The position numbers and the translations under genes were made by a program. A DNA stretch of 64,000 nt from an uncultured Gemmatimonadales bacterium. Its GTDB lineage: Bacteria; Gemmatimonadota; Gemmatimonadetes; Gemmatimonadales; GWC2-71-9. The stretch lies in NCBI GenBank assembly GCA_963709905.1, contig CAVPYI010000005.1:147897-211896 (forward strand), read 5' to 3'. The notes below the pieces were generated by a model, which was not told where the DNA came from, did no database searches, and worked only from the letters and a program-made list of their open reading frames with translations. Below, piece after piece: positions 20,592-30,899 of the stretch (its first letter is position 1; the number at the start of each line of letters is the position of its first letter).

Positions 20592-22506
20592 CTACTTGTA
20601 GCTCCGTGTGCTCAAATGCACGTTTTCGAACACCAGGGGCTCCTTGTGGAGCCGCGGCGCCTTGTCGGTCCCCTGGTGCTCCCAGGCCGCGACATAGCAG
20701 AAGTTCTCGTCATCCCGTCGAGCCTCGCCCTCGGGCGTCTGATACTCCACCCGGAAATGCCCGCCGCAGGATTCCTCGCGGTGCAACGCGTCGAGCGACA
20801 TCAGCTCGGCGAACTCCAGAAAGTCCGCGACCCGGCCGGCCTTCTCCAGGGCCTGGTTGAGCTCCTCGCCGCTGCCCGGCACGTTCACGCTGTCCCAGAA
20901 TTCCTCCCGGAGCGCCGGGATCCTCTGCAGATTCGCCTTGAGCCCTGCCGCGCTCCGGGTCATGCCGCAGTGGTCCCACAAGAGCTTGCCCAGTTCGCGG
21001 TGGAACGAATCCACGGTCCTCACCCCCTTGGCGGCGAGCAGTTTCCGGGTTCGCCCGGCCACCTCGGCCTCGGCGGCGCGGAACGCGGGATGGGTCGGGT
21101 CGATCGGATCGAGCCGCGCCCGGGCCAGATAGTCCCCGATGGTGTAGGGAATCACGAAATAGCCGTCGGCCAGTCCCTGCATCAGGGCGCTGGCGCCCAA
21201 CCGGTTGGCGCCGTGATCCGAAAAATTGGCCTCCCCGAGGACGTGCAGACCGGGGATGGTGCTCATCAGGTTGTAATCCACCCAGAGCCCGCCCATGGTG
21301 TAGTGCACGGCGGGGAAGATCCGCATCGGTGTGCGATAGGGGTTGTCATCGGTGATCCGCTGGTACATCTGGAACAGGTTGCCGTAGCGCTCGCGGATCT
21401 GCTGCTCTCCCACGCGCACGATGGCGTCGGCGAAATCGAGGTAGACGCCGAGCTCGCCGGGCCCGACTCCACGGCCCTCGTCGCAGACCTCCTTGGCGGC
21501 CCGGCTGGCGATATCGCGGGGCGAGAGATTGCCGAAGCTGGGGTATTTCCGCTCGAGGTAGTAGTCGCGTTCCGCCTCGGGGATCTCGTGCGGCGGGCGC
21601 CGGTCGCCTCGGGCCTTCGGGACCCAGACCCGGCCGTCGTTGCGCAGCGACTCGCTCATCAGGGTGAGCTTGGATTGGTACTCCCCGCTCATGGGGATGC
21701 AGGTCGGGTGGATCTGGGTGAAGCAGGGATTGCCGAACGCGGCGCCGCGCTTGTACGCCCGGTAGCTGGCCGTGACGTTCGATCCCTTGGCGTTGGTGGA
21801 GAGGTAGAACACGTTGCCGTACCCGCCGGTGGCCAGGAGGACGGCGTCGGCGACATGGGAGTCAATCCGCCCGGTCACCAGGTCCCGGGTGATGATGCCC
21901 CGGGCCGCGCCGTCGACCACCACCAGATCGAGCATCTCGCCGCCGGGGGAACATCGTCACCGCGCCGGCCGCCACCTGGCGCTCGAGCGCCTGATAGCAG
22001 CCCAGCAGCAGTTGCTGGCCGGTCTGCCCCCGGGCGTAGAACGTCCGGGACACCTGGGCACCGCCGAACGACCGGTTGGCGAGCGTGCCGCCATATTCGC
22101 GGGCGAACGGCACCCCCTGGGCAACGCACTGATCGATGATGTTGACGCTGATCTGGGCGAGGCGGTAGACGTTGGCCTCGCGGGAACGAAAATCGCCTCC
22201 CTTGACCGTATCGTAGAACAACCGCCAGATGGAGTCGCCGTCGTTCTGATAGTTCTTGGCCGCATTGATCCCGCCCTGGGCGGCGATCGAATGGGCCCGC
22301 CGCGGAGAATCCTGGAAGCAGAAACAGGCCACGTTGTAGCCCAGCTCCCCGAGGGTCGCCGCCGCCGCGCCACCGGCCAGTCCGGACCCGACCACGATGA
22401 TCGAGTACTTCCGTTTGTTGGCGGGATTCACCAGCCGCATCTCGAACCGGTGGCGGTCCCATTTCTCCGCCAGCGGTCCGGCGGGAATGCGGGAGTTCAG
22501 CTCCAT
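20592..22506 (-). pseudogene. sdhA: succinate dehydrogenase/fumarate reductase flavoprotein subunit, interrupted by a single frameshift near 21936-21950
   Basis: Two ORFs together cover one SdhA. 21862-22506 has the N-terminal FAD domain ([26 protein letters not shown]). 20592-21935 starts [14 protein letters not shown] and runs through HPTCIP and the C-terminal domain. The frames switch at the run TTCCCCCGGCGGCGAG. This could be a real lesion or a sequencing/assembly indel. Confidence 0.85.
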
Positions 22507-22594
22507 GGTCAGGTCCGTTCCCTGCGGATGATGAACGGCGCCCGGGGCGGGAGCGTCCCGGCTGGCTGCACCGTTCCCGGTTCACGGTTCCCCG

Positions 22595-23290
22595 TCATCG
22601 TATCCACCTCAGCAGCACCGCCACCGGCACGATCGAGAACCCCAGCCAGATCGCCAGCGTCACCAAGGCCGCCACCGGCCGCCGCGCCGGGTTGGGGTCG
22701 GGCCGTGCCGCGCCCAGCGAGCGCAAGCTGCTCCACGTGCCGTGATAGAGATGCAGCCCCAGGGCCATCATGGCGACCAGGTAGAAGATCGCAACCACCG
22801 GTCGCCGGAGCCCGGTGACGAGGTTGTGGTACGCGTCTCCGGGGATGTAGTCCGGATGGGCCTGCCCCGTGGTGAAGTGCAGCAGGTGGTACACGATGAA
22901 CACCAGCAGCAGCACTCCGCCGACCCGGAGGCTCCGCGCGGCGACGGTGGATCGCTGCATCTCGTGCCGGGCATACCCGACCGGCCGGGCGGCGCGGTCG
23001 AGCCGGGTGAGCTGCACCGCCGCGACGATGTGCAGGACGACGCTCACCAGCAGCACGATTCTGAGGGAGAGGGTCACCTGGTGCAGCGGTCCGTGAAGCA
23101 GCGCCGCATAGGCATTGAGCTTCTCGGGTCCCTGAAACGCCTGCAGGTTGCCCAGCATGTGCACCGCGACGAATCCGATCATGACGAGGCCCGTCGCCCC
23201 CATCACGACCTTCTTGCCGAGGCTCGATCGCCAGAACGCCAGCACTCCGCTCACCGGGGCTCCCGCTGGCGGCCCCGCGCCTGATCCCAC
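22595..23290 (-). CDS. sdhC: succinate dehydrogenase cytochrome b subunit (b558-type, five TM)
   Basis: 231-aa membrane protein directly upstream of sdhA with conserved His in TM helices (FVAVHMLGN, HIVAAV, YHLLHF). The start codon is uncertain. Confidence 0.8.
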   Translation of the reverse strand: MGSGAGPPAGAPVSGVLAFWRSSLGKKVVMGATGLVMIGFVAVHMLGNLQAFQGPEKLNAYAALLHGPLHQVTLSLRIVLLVSVVLHIVAAVQLTRLDRAARPVGYARHEMQRSTVAARSLRVGGVLLLVFIVYHLLHFTTGQAHPDYIPGDAYHNLVTGLRRPVVAIFYLVAMMALGLHLYHGTWSSLRSLGAARPDPNPARRPVAALVTLAIWLGFSIVPVAVLLRWIR

Positions 23291-23303
23291 GGCCGTGACA
23301 CCC

Positions 23304-24230
23304 CTAGCCCAGCGCTTTCATGGTGTCGGTCACGGCGGCGGCGCTCTTGTGCAGATCGGCGCGCTCCTGGTCGGTCAGAACGACCTCCACGATCTGCTCC
23401 AGCCCGCGACGGCCGAGCTTGCACGGCACCCCGCAGAACACGTCCTTGAGGCCGTACTCGCCCGTGAGCCAGGCGGCGCAGGGCAGAATCCGCTTCTTGT
23501 CGTGGACGATGGCCTCGGCCATCTGGACGGCGGCGGCGCTCGGCGCGTAATATGCCGAACCGGTCTTGAGGAAATTCACGATCTCGGCCCCGCCGTTCCG
23601 GGTGCGCTGCACGATCGCGTCGAGCTTCTCCCGGTCGAGCAGCTGGGTGACGGGGATGCCGGAGACGGTGGTGTACGAGATCAGCGGGACCATGGTGTCG
23701 CCATGCCCGCCGAGAACCATCGCCTGGATGTCCTCGACCGACACGTCCATCGCCTCGGCGAGAAAGGCCCGGTAACGCGCCGTGTCCAGCACGCCGGCCA
23801 TGCCCAGGACCCGTTCGCGCGGGAATCCGGTGGCCTTCAGAGCCACGTAGCACATCACGTCGAGCGGGTTCGAGACCACGATGACGATGCTTCCCGGGGC
23901 CACACGTTTGATTTCCTGGGAGACCGAGGTCACGATCCCGGCGTTGGTCTTCACCAGGTCGTCGCGGCTCATTCCCGGTTTCCGCGCGATGCCGGCGGTC
24001 ACGATGAACAGCTCGGACCCGGCGGCCGCCTCGTACCCATTGCTGCCTGTTACCCGGGTGTCGAAGCCCTCGACCGGGGCCGACTGCCACTGATCGAGTC
24101 CTTTGCCCTGGGGCACTCCTTCGATCACGTCGACCATGACGACGGTGCGGGCCAGGTTCTTCTCGGCGACACGCTGCGCGGCGGTGGCGCCCACGTTGCC
24201 CGCGCCAACCACGGTGATCTTGTTGAACAT
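23304..24230 (-). CDS. mdh: malate dehydrogenase (LDH-like family)
   Basis: [18 protein letters not shown] Rossmann motif, [13 protein letters not shown] and [12 protein letters not shown] at 24230. Confidence 0.95.
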   Translation of the reverse strand: MFNKITVVGAGNVGATAAQRVAEKNLARTVVMVDVIEGVPQGKGLDQWQSAPVEGFDTRVTGSNGYEAAAGSELFIVTAGIARKPGMSRDDLVKTNAGIVTSVSQEIKRVAPGSIVIVVSNPLDVMCYVALKATGFPRERVLGMAGVLDTARYRAFLAEAMDVSVEDIQAMVLGGHGDTMVPLISYTTVSGIPVTQLLDREKLDAIVQRTRNGGAEIVNFLKTGSAYYAPSAAAVQMAEAIVHDKKRILPCAAWLTGEYGLKDVFCGVPCKLGRRGLEQIVEVVLTDQERADLHKSAAAVTDTMKALG

Positions 24231-24716
24231 ATCGTTCTGGGAGGCTGTGAGTTGATTCGAGGTGCGAGCCGGGAACGCCCCGACCGCTCGGTAAAGTAGC
24301 CGCACTCAGTATCTGGAGCTAGGTACATCGAGCGCGCCGGCGCGTTGGACGCAGCGACGCCCGGCCTCTTGCGGGGCCGTGTACCGGACGCTAACTCACG
24401 CCCACCCCACACGCCCGCGGCTTCGCCAATGGACTTCACGTCCGATCGGCTCAGGCCCCTCTCCAGGGCAACCGGAGATCTCCCGCCTCCGGATCCGATT
24501 CCATTGCCCTGCCCGGCTGCCGAGAGCGATGGCCCGCTCTCACTCAGTCCCACGATTGCTCAAACCTTCCCCGGCGAAGCCGGACTCGCCCGGCGTCGCG
24601 TCGAACGCTCCAATCCCTGCTACCATGTGCCCCCTCGCGCCGTGGTCCTGGACGACCCGTCGCGCCGAACCGGACACCTGGTGGCGCCAGTCGCCCAGTC
24701 ACAGGTAGGAGGCCTC

Positions 24717-25463
24717 ATGAGTCGTTTGTCCGGTTGCGCCATGGTCCTTGCCTTCGTCGCGCTGGCGAGCTGCGGCGGAGATGGTGGAAGTGGAGGCACA
24801 GGACCGGCCCTCACCGCCCTCACCGGGACCTATTCAGGGACCGCGACCATCACCAACCAGGCGAATCCCAGCCAGCCGTTCACGGTCAACTTCACGGTAG
24901 TCGGCAACGGCTCGGGAAACACCCTGTCCGGGATCTGGGTCGTCGGTGGCAGTGCTGGAACCTTGAGCGGGACCGTCAGCGGATCGGCCGCAACGTTTTC
25001 CCTCCTCGAAACCAGCCCGTGCTCCGGGAGTTTCACCGGTACCGCCACCATATCCGACGATGGCAACCACGCCGAAGGTACCTTCTCCGGCTCCGACTGC
25101 GATGGCGTGCAGACCGCCACTTTCGTCCTTGACCGTACCGGAGGCGGCGCCAGCCTGACCGGAGATTTTGTCGGCACGGCGGACGTGAGTGGAGCCGGAC
25201 AGTTCGACGTACAGATCACGATCATACAGACCGGCACGAGCCTGACGGGAACGTGGGCGAGCTCCGCTGGCGGTTCCGGCACGGCGGCAGGCGTCGTGAA
25301 CGGGACGACCGTACAATTCACGCTGACGCAGACCGACCCCTGCGATGGCCTCTACACCGGCTCAGCGCAGGTGCAGAGCGGCGGCAATCGGATCTCGGGA
25401 TCGTACAGCGGAAATGACTGCGGGTTCGCGCTCAGCGCGACGTTCAGCGTGAATCGGCGGTAG
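24717..25463 (+). CDS. lipoprotein made of two tandem copies of a ~100-aa Gly/Thr/Ser-rich two-cysteine domain
   Basis: GGAGG Shine-Dalgarno 6 nt before ATG 24717. Lipobox LASC. Internal duplication is visible in the translation (details in findings). Confidence 0.75.
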   Translation: MSRLSGCAMVLAFVALASCGGDGGSGGTGPALTALTGTYSGTATITNQANPSQPFTVNFTVVGNGSGNTLSGIWVVGGSAGTLSGTVSGSAATFSLLETSPCSGSFTGTATISDDGNHAEGTFSGSDCDGVQTATFVLDRTGGGASLTGDFVGTADVSGAGQFDVQITIIQTGTSLTGTWASSAGGSGTAAGVVNGTTVQFTLTQTDPCDGLYTGSAQVQSGGNRISGSYSGNDCGFALSATFSVNRR

Positions 25464-25543
25464 TGCAGAACGGTCGCCCTCGGTCCCGGGCAACCCCCGT
25501 CCCGCCGGCGCCGCCGACCTCGCCGGCAAGACGGGCTGCGGCG

Positions 25544-26776
25544 TTACGCTGTGCTGCGGCCGCGACGAGCCATCGCCTCGGTCTGGTCCACGGCGTTGAG
25601 CAACCGCGCCGAGTCCAGCTCCCAATTGTACCGGGTCGCGATCGCCGCCCGCCCGGCCTCACCGAAACGACGCCGCGCATCAGGGTCGCGGAGCTGAGCG
25701 AGCGCGCCCGCCAGATCCACCGGATCGCGATCCTTGAACACGATTCCGCAGCGGGTCTCGTGGATGACCCGATCCACCGGTACGGCGTTCGAGGCCACGA
25801 CCGGTAACCCGGCCGCCATGTAGTCGAAGAGTTTGTTGGGAATGGTGCTGTTCCAGCTGGCGTCGGCGTGGTGCGGGATGATCCCGACGTCGGCGCTCAA
25901 CAGCATCCGCAACGCGTCGCGATTCGGGACCCTCCCGAGAAACCGCACCCGGGCCGAGTCGAGACCCAGGGTCTGGGCGAGGCGCTCGAGGTCGGCGCGG
26001 TCCCGGCCATCGCCCATCAGCGTGAGCCGCAACGGTACCCCCTGCCCGGTGCACATGGCGCAGGCCCGGAGCAGCGTCTCGATCCCGCGCGGTGCTTCCA
26101 TCAGGCCGAGGTAGGTCAGCTCCAGCGGGTCCGCGGGGTTCCGGCTCCCGGTGAACTGACCCTTCGTTGCGGCGAGTTCCTGCAGTCGGTCGAGTGGCGG
26201 TGTATTGCCGACCACGGTCAGGCGATCGGCCGGGACACCCATCCCCGCCAGGCGATCGCGTGATTCCTCCACTACGACCAGCGCGTGGTCGACCCGGCGG
26301 ATGGTCCAGCGCTCGACCGCGGACACCACCCGGGGGTTCCGTACCACGTAATCGATGAGCCGCTGGCGGTCATTCTCGTAGATCCCGGCGATCATGGCCG
26401 GGTAGTTCTCCGCCATGTCCAGCATCACGGCCAAGCCGAGCGATCGGGCCACTCCGAATGCGGTGGGTGCCAGCGGCAGATCCCGAACCATGATCAGATT
26501 GGCGCGAATCCGGGCCGCAACCTCGCGGATCCTGCCCCACCACCGCGGATTGAAGAACGCCGGGAACATGCTGGCGGCACTCACCCGCTCCCCCACGCCC
26601 TTCAGGGGGGCCAGCCGGTGCACGGTGCATTCAGGCAGCCGCTCTTTGAGGGGCTGGTTGTCGCGATTGCGGGCGACGAGATGCACGTCGTGGCCGGCCT
26701 CGGTCAGCGTCCGGCACACCTTCTCGGCGCGGACGTCCCAGGGGTACTCCGAGTCCCAGATCTTGCAGATTCTCAC
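25544..26776 (-). CDS. glycosyltransferase, GT4 (group 1) family
   Basis: 410-aa ORF with GT-B C-terminal features (FLGRVP...ADVGIIPH...NKLFDYMAAGLPVVAS). GTG start. Confidence 0.85.
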   Translation of the reverse strand: MRICKIWDSEYPWDVRAEKVCRTLTEAGHDVHLVARNRDNQPLKERLPECTVHRLAPLKGVGERVSAASMFPAFFNPRWWGRIREVAARIRANLIMVRDLPLAPTAFGVARSLGLAVMLDMAENYPAMIAGIYENDRQRLIDYVVRNPRVVSAVERWTIRRVDHALVVVEESRDRLAGMGVPADRLTVVGNTPPLDRLQELAATKGQFTGSRNPADPLELTYLGLMEAPRGIETLLRACAMCTGQGVPLRLTLMGDGRDRADLERLAQTLGLDSARVRFLGRVPNRDALRMLLSADVGIIPHHADASWNSTIPNKLFDYMAAGLPVVASNAVPVDRVIHETRCGIVFKDRDPVDLAGALAQLRDPDARRRFGEAGRAAIATRYNWELDSARLLNAVDQTEAMARRGRSTA

Positions 26777-26872
26777 AGGGTGATCGAATGCGCTAAGGTG
26801 AACCTGACTGATGATGCTCGGAAGCTCCTTCCATACCGCAAACGGCTGCCAATCCTGCCTTGCGAGTCGGCG

Positions 26873-27433
26873 TCACTTGGGTCGCGACCGCCGGCCCCGA
26901 CGGCGGCGGGTACTGGCGGTGCCCTCGGCCGGTGCTTCCTCGACCGGATCGTCGACCATCGATTCGGGGGGCAGTCCGTCCGTCACGCCAAGTTGCCGGA
27001 GCCCCTCGTAGAGCACGATGCTCACGGCGTTGGCCAGATTGAGGCTGCGCACCTCGCCCGGCATCGGGATCCGGAAGCAGCGCTCCGGGTGTTTCTCCAG
27101 GATCTTCGCCGGCATGCCATCGTTCTCATTGCCGAAGATCAACACGCTATTCGGCATGAAGGGAGCTTCGCGATAGTCCCGCTCGGCGTTGGCCGAGAAA
27201 TACAGGCAGCGCTCCCGGCTGATCGCATCCCGGAACCGGAACCAGTTGGGGTGCACCCAGAGATCCACCCGGTCCCAGTAGTCCAAGCCGGCCCGCCGGA
27301 CCTCGCGGTCATCCAGGCTGAAACCGAGCGGCTCGATCAGGTGCAGCGGCGTGTCGGTGGCCGCGCACAACCGGGCGATGTTCCCGGTATTGGGCGGGAT
27401 CTTCGGTTCGATCAGGGCGACGTGCAGAGCCAT
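26873..27433 (-). CDS. trmL: tRNA (cytidine/uridine-2'-O)-methyltransferase TrmL (SpoU/TrmH class) with a basic C-terminal tail
   Basis: ALIEPKIPPNTGNIARLCAAT, LIFGNE..G and SLNLANAVSIVLYE motifs. Confidence 0.88.
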   Translation of the reverse strand: MALHVALIEPKIPPNTGNIARLCAATDTPLHLIEPLGFSLDDREVRRAGLDYWDRVDLWVHPNWFRFRDAISRERCLYFSANAERDYREAPFMPNSVLIFGNENDGMPAKILEKHPERCFRIPMPGEVRSLNLANAVSIVLYEGLRQLGVTDGLPPESMVDDPVEEAPAEGTASTRRRRGRRSRPK

Positions 27434-27443
27434 CGGTCGGTGG

Positions 27444-28508
27444 TCACCCGCCTCGGGTGTGCATTTCCTTCAATGGGTCGCGCCGCAGTTCCTCGAGCTG
27501 GAACAACACGCCCCGGCCCGGACGGGCGGCACGGTCCTCCGCGCCACGGTCGTCCCGCTCAGCCCAGGCCTGGCGGACGAGGCTACCGAGTTCGTCATCG
27601 CTCGCCCCGTCACGCAGGGGCGTCCGCAGATCGAGACCCGCGTCGGAATAGAGGCACAGCAGGAAGTGCCCGTCGGCCGTCAGCCTGGCGCGATCGCAGG
27701 TGCGGCAGAACGGTTCGGTGGTGGAGGCGATGATCCCGAACACCGTGCCATCGGGCAACCGGAACCGGTCGGCCGGCGCTGCGCTCACGGCGTTCTCGGC
27801 CAGCGGCTCGACCCGACCATAGGTTCGCGCCAGCCGTTCCAGCATCTCCCGCCGCGAGACCACGTCGGCCATCCGCCAGCCGGTCGCGCCGCCAACGTCC
27901 ATGTACTCGATGAACCGGACTTCCACGCCATGCGATCGCCCGAACTCGATCAGGTCGACCAGCTCGTCGTCGTTGAAGCCCCGGGTCACCACGGTGTTGA
28001 GCTTGATGACCGTGAAGCCGGCGGCCTTCGCCGCCGTGATGCCGGCCAACACGTCGCCGTGGCGGTGCGACCGGGCCTGTGCCTGCATGCGGTCCGGTTG
28101 GAGGGTGTCGAGGCTGATGGTGACGCGGGTCAGGCCGGCTTGCTGCAGAGTCTCCGCCTGTTCCGAGAGCAGTATCCCGTTCGTGGTGAGGGCCAGGTCG
28201 GCCAGCGCCGGTCGTCCCGCCAGCATGCGCACCAGGGTGGCGAGATCCTGGCGCAGCAACGGCTCGCCACCTGTCAGCCGGAGCCGGCTCACTCCCAGGC
28301 CGGTCAGCACACCGACCAGCCGGTCGATTTCCTCGAACGAGAGAATCGAACTGCGGGGCAGCCAGACGTACTCGTCCTCCGGCATGCAGTAGCGGCATCG
28401 CATGTTGCAGCGATCGGTGACGGAGACGCGCAGGCTGGTGAGCGGTCTGCCGAGGCGGTCAGAGACCGGTGGCTCGGCGGCTCGGCGGCTCGATCCCTCC
28501 TTCATCAT
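27444..28508 (-). CDS. moaA: GTP 3',8-cyclase MoaA (radical SAM)
   Basis: LRVSVTDRCNMRCRYCMP radical-SAM motif and C-terminal CxxCxR..L cluster region. The ATG overlaps the moaE stop (ATGA). Confidence 0.92.
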   Translation of the reverse strand: MMKEGSSRRAAEPPVSDRLGRPLTSLRVSVTDRCNMRCRYCMPEDEYVWLPRSSILSFEEIDRLVGVLTGLGVSRLRLTGGEPLLRQDLATLVRMLAGRPALADLALTTNGILLSEQAETLQQAGLTRVTISLDTLQPDRMQAQARSHRHGDVLAGITAAKAAGFTVIKLNTVVTRGFNDDELVDLIEFGRSHGVEVRFIEYMDVGGATGWRMADVVSRREMLERLARTYGRVEPLAENAVSAAPADRFRLPDGTVFGIIASTTEPFCRTCDRARLTADGHFLLCLYSDAGLDLRTPLRDGASDDELGSLVRQAWAERDDRGAEDRAARPGRGVLFQLEELRRDPLKEMHTRGG

Positions 28509-28981
28509 GGCCCACCCCCTCGCCGCGACACTCCTTCTTCGATGACCACCGAGCCGACCAGCCGCCCAGCCGCCGAGCCGTCTACCCAGGCCACCGATCC
28601 ATCCTCGAAGTGCTCCTTCTTCCAGATCGGCACTCGCCGCTTGGTCTGCTCAATCACATATCGACAGGCTTCGAAGGCCTCGTCCCGGTGGGCTCCCGCC
28701 GCGGCGACACCAACCGCCGTATCACCGACTTCGAGCGTTCCCAGCCGGTGCTGGAACGCGATCCCGACCGGCCAACGACCCTCGGCCTCCGCGACGATGC
28801 GGGCGGCCTCAGCCTCCGCCATCGGCTCGTACGCCGAGTACTCGAGTCGGCGCACTCGGCGCCCCTCGTGGTGGTCCCGCACCAGGCCGAGGAAGGTCGC
28901 GACGCCTCCTCGGTCGGGTGCCGCAGTCGCGGCCACCAGGGTCGCGATATCGATTGGCTCGCGGGTCAGGAAGCGGGACAT
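28505..28981 (-). CDS. moaE: molybdopterin synthase catalytic subunit MoaE
   Basis: 158-aa ORF with GAVATFLG.VRD-like and PIWKKE motifs, located between moaD and moaA. Confidence 0.88.
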   Translation of the reverse strand: MSRFLTREPIDIATLVAATAAPDRGGVATFLGLVRDHHEGRRVRRLEYSAYEPMAEAEAARIVAEAEGRWPVGIAFQHRLGTLEVGDTAVGVAAAGAHRDEAFEACRYVIEQTKRRVPIWKKEHFEDGSVAWVDGSAAGRLVGSVVIEEGVSRRGGGP

Positions 28982-28985
28982 GGCC

Positions 28986-29231
28986 TCAGCCGCCCGCCAT
29001 GGGTGGGAGGATCGCGACCTCGTCGCCGTCCGCGACCCGGGTTTCCGGTCCTGCCTGGACCAGATTGACCGCCACCAGCGGGCGCGGCGGAAGCCGTTCC
29101 GCCCCCGGTACGGCGGCTCTCAGATGCCGGAGCACGTCGTCGACAGTGGCCTCCGCTCGCACCGGGATTTCGACCGATTCCCGGCCGGCGAGTTCGGCAT
29201 AACTGGCGAAGAGCAGCACCCGTACGGTCAT
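28986..29231 (-). CDS. moaD: molybdopterin synthase sulfur carrier MoaD
   Basis: 81-aa ubiquitin-like protein ending in PPMAGG. Confidence 0.88.
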   Translation of the reverse strand: MTVRVLLFASYAELAGRESVEIPVRAEATVDDVLRHLRAAVPGAERLPPRPLVAVNLVQAGPETRVADGDEVAILPPMAGG

Positions 29232-29268
29232 GAACGGAAGATAACGTCCCGAGGGGCCGGAAATACGG

Positions 29269-29294
29269 CGGGGTGGGCCAAGGAGCCCACCCCG
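29269..29294 (-). terminator. GC-rich stem-loop downstream of the IHF/HU gene
   Basis: cggggtggg-ccaaggag-cccaccccg: 9-bp perfect stem with 8-nt loop, 29 nt after the stop. On the transcribed strand it is followed by ccgtatttcc. Confidence 0.45.
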
Positions 29295-29322
29295 TGAAGG
29301 ACCATCGGTCGGGCCGGGCGTT

Positions 29323-29658
29323 CTAGTCGTCGCTGCCCGATGCGCTGCGGTCAGCCTCGAACGGCTCGTCCGCCACGAGGGCCCGCAACTCCTTGCTGGG
29401 CTTGAACACGGGAACCGGCCGGGCGGCTACCTCGACCGGATCGCCGGTGCGGGGGTTCCTGGCCATCCGGGTCTTCCGGCGCCGGATCTTGAAGGTGCCG
29501 AAACCGCGTACCTCGATGTTGTGCTGGTTCTTAAGCGCCTCCTTGACCGCCTCCAGGAACGCATCCACCACCCGCGCGCAGTCCTTTTTGGAGATCATGG
29601 GACCGGCGGTGCGGGCGATCGACTCGGTCACCCGTTCGACGAGATCGGCCTTGGTCAT
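29323..29658 (-). CDS. HU/IHF-family DNA-binding protein
   Basis: MTKADLVERV...VEVRGFGTFKIRRRKTRMARNPRTGDPVEV matches the IHF/HU beta-arm signature. ATG at 29658. Confidence 0.9.
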   Translation of the reverse strand: MTKADLVERVTESIARTAGPMISKKDCARVVDAFLEAVKEALKNQHNIEVRGFGTFKIRRRKTRMARNPRTGDPVEVAARPVPVFKPSKELRALVADEPFEADRSASGSDD

Positions 29659-29770
29659 GCTTTCCCCCGGGGGTCTTCGCGCCCGGCGCCCCTTCAATGG
29701 GGCGCCGGAATGCTTGAGACACTATGGCCTTACCCGTTGACTGTCAAGGGGTTGGGCCACCGGGGCCGGG

Positions 29771-30862
29771 TCAGACCCCCATCAGCCTGATGAATTCCCG
29801 AAAGTGGGGGTAGGCATCGTGGGGTCCCGGAGCGGCTTCGGGGTGGTATTGGACGGCAAAAACCGGAAGTTCTTTGTGGCGAACGCCTTCCACCGTTCCG
29901 TCGTTCAGATTGATGTGGGTGACTTCGAGTCCGCTCGCTCCCGGGACAGAGTCGCGATCCCCGGCCACCGAAAAACCGTGGTTCTGCGACGTGATAAGTA
30001 CTTGACCGGTACGCACATCCCGCACGGGATGGTTGCCACCGCGGTGACCGTAGGGGAGCTTCACGGTGTGGCCCCCAAAGGCGAGACCGAGAAACTGGTG
30101 GCCGAGGCAAATGCCGAAGGTCGGCAGGCCGGTGGCGGTCAGCTCCTGGATGGTCTTGATCGCATATCCTACTGCGGCGGGGTCGCCGGGGCCGTTGGAG
30201 AGGAACAGGCCATCCGGTTTGAGTTCGCGCACCTTTGCCGCCGGGGTCGAGGCCGGCACCACCGTCACCTGACAGCCGTGCGAGACCAGCATCCGCACGA
30301 TGTTGCGCTTCATGCCGTAGTCATAGGCGACGACGTGGGGCCCATGCTTGCCTTCGGTCCAGCTCTCCCTGGTAGTAGCCCGGGAGGCGAGGTCCAGACC
30401 CTCCATCGACGGGGATTCCATCAGGCGCAGAGTCAGGGCGGGGGTGGGTTCGCGGCCTTCGGCGACCACCCCACGCATGGCGCCCCGCTCCCGGATGTGG
30501 CGGGTGAGGCGGCGGGTATCGACCCCTTCGAGGACCGGAATGCGGAACTCGGCCAGCCAGTCGTCCAGGCTCCCGGTGGCGCGCCAGTTGGACGCCCGCC
30601 GGGCCATCTCGCGCACCACCACCCCGACGACCTTGGGAGAGGCGGATTCGAGGTCCTCCTGATTCACGCCGTAGTTCCCGATCATCGGCGCCGTCATGAC
30701 CACGATCTGGCCGAGGTAACTCGGATCGGTGAAGACTTCCTGATAGCCGCTCATGTTGGTGGTGAACACCACCTCACCGAACGCGGCTTCCAGGGGGCGG
30801 TCGCTCGTTCCCGCGTACCAGGTCCCGTCCTCCAGCAACACGAACGCGGGGCGCCCCGTCAT
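29771..30862 (-). CDS. carA: carbamoyl-phosphate synthase small (glutaminase) subunit
   Basis: N-terminal VLEDGT...GEVVFTT.M.GYQE..TDPSY motif and GATase triad region GICLGHQ...HGFSV. ATG at 30862. Confidence 0.93.
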   Translation of the reverse strand: MTGRPAFVLLEDGTWYAGTSDRPLEAAFGEVVFTTNMSGYQEVFTDPSYLGQIVVMTAPMIGNYGVNQEDLESASPKVVGVVVREMARRASNWRATGSLDDWLAEFRIPVLEGVDTRRLTRHIRERGAMRGVVAEGREPTPALTLRLMESPSMEGLDLASRATTRESWTEGKHGPHVVAYDYGMKRNIVRMLVSHGCQVTVVPASTPAAKVRELKPDGLFLSNGPGDPAAVGYAIKTIQELTATGLPTFGICLGHQFLGLAFGGHTVKLPYGHRGGNHPVRDVRTGQVLITSQNHGFSVAGDRDSVPGASGLEVTHINLNDGTVEGVRHKELPVFAVQYHPEAAPGPHDAYPHFREFIRLMGV

Positions 30863-30899
30863 GCTGGCGCCCCGCGCGGAGTGTAGACCGTCATCTCGA

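Noticed and set aside
24231-24716. A 486-bp non-coding gap between mdh and the lipoprotein gene, examined for an ncRNA, riboswitch or small ORF.
   Set aside because: I could not recognise any known RNA family signature (tmRNA, RNase P, SRP, 6S or common riboswitch cores). The only ORF (24125-24553, minus) overlaps mdh and looks like GC-frame noise. A covariance-model scan would be needed.
29682-29710. Hairpin ccggcgcccc-ttcaat-ggggcgccgg between carA and the IHF/HU gene, considered as a terminator.
   Set aside because: The stem is perfect but there is no U-tract on the transcribed strand, and it lies in the 5' leader of the IHF/HU gene. Its function is ambiguous, so it is not listed as a feature.
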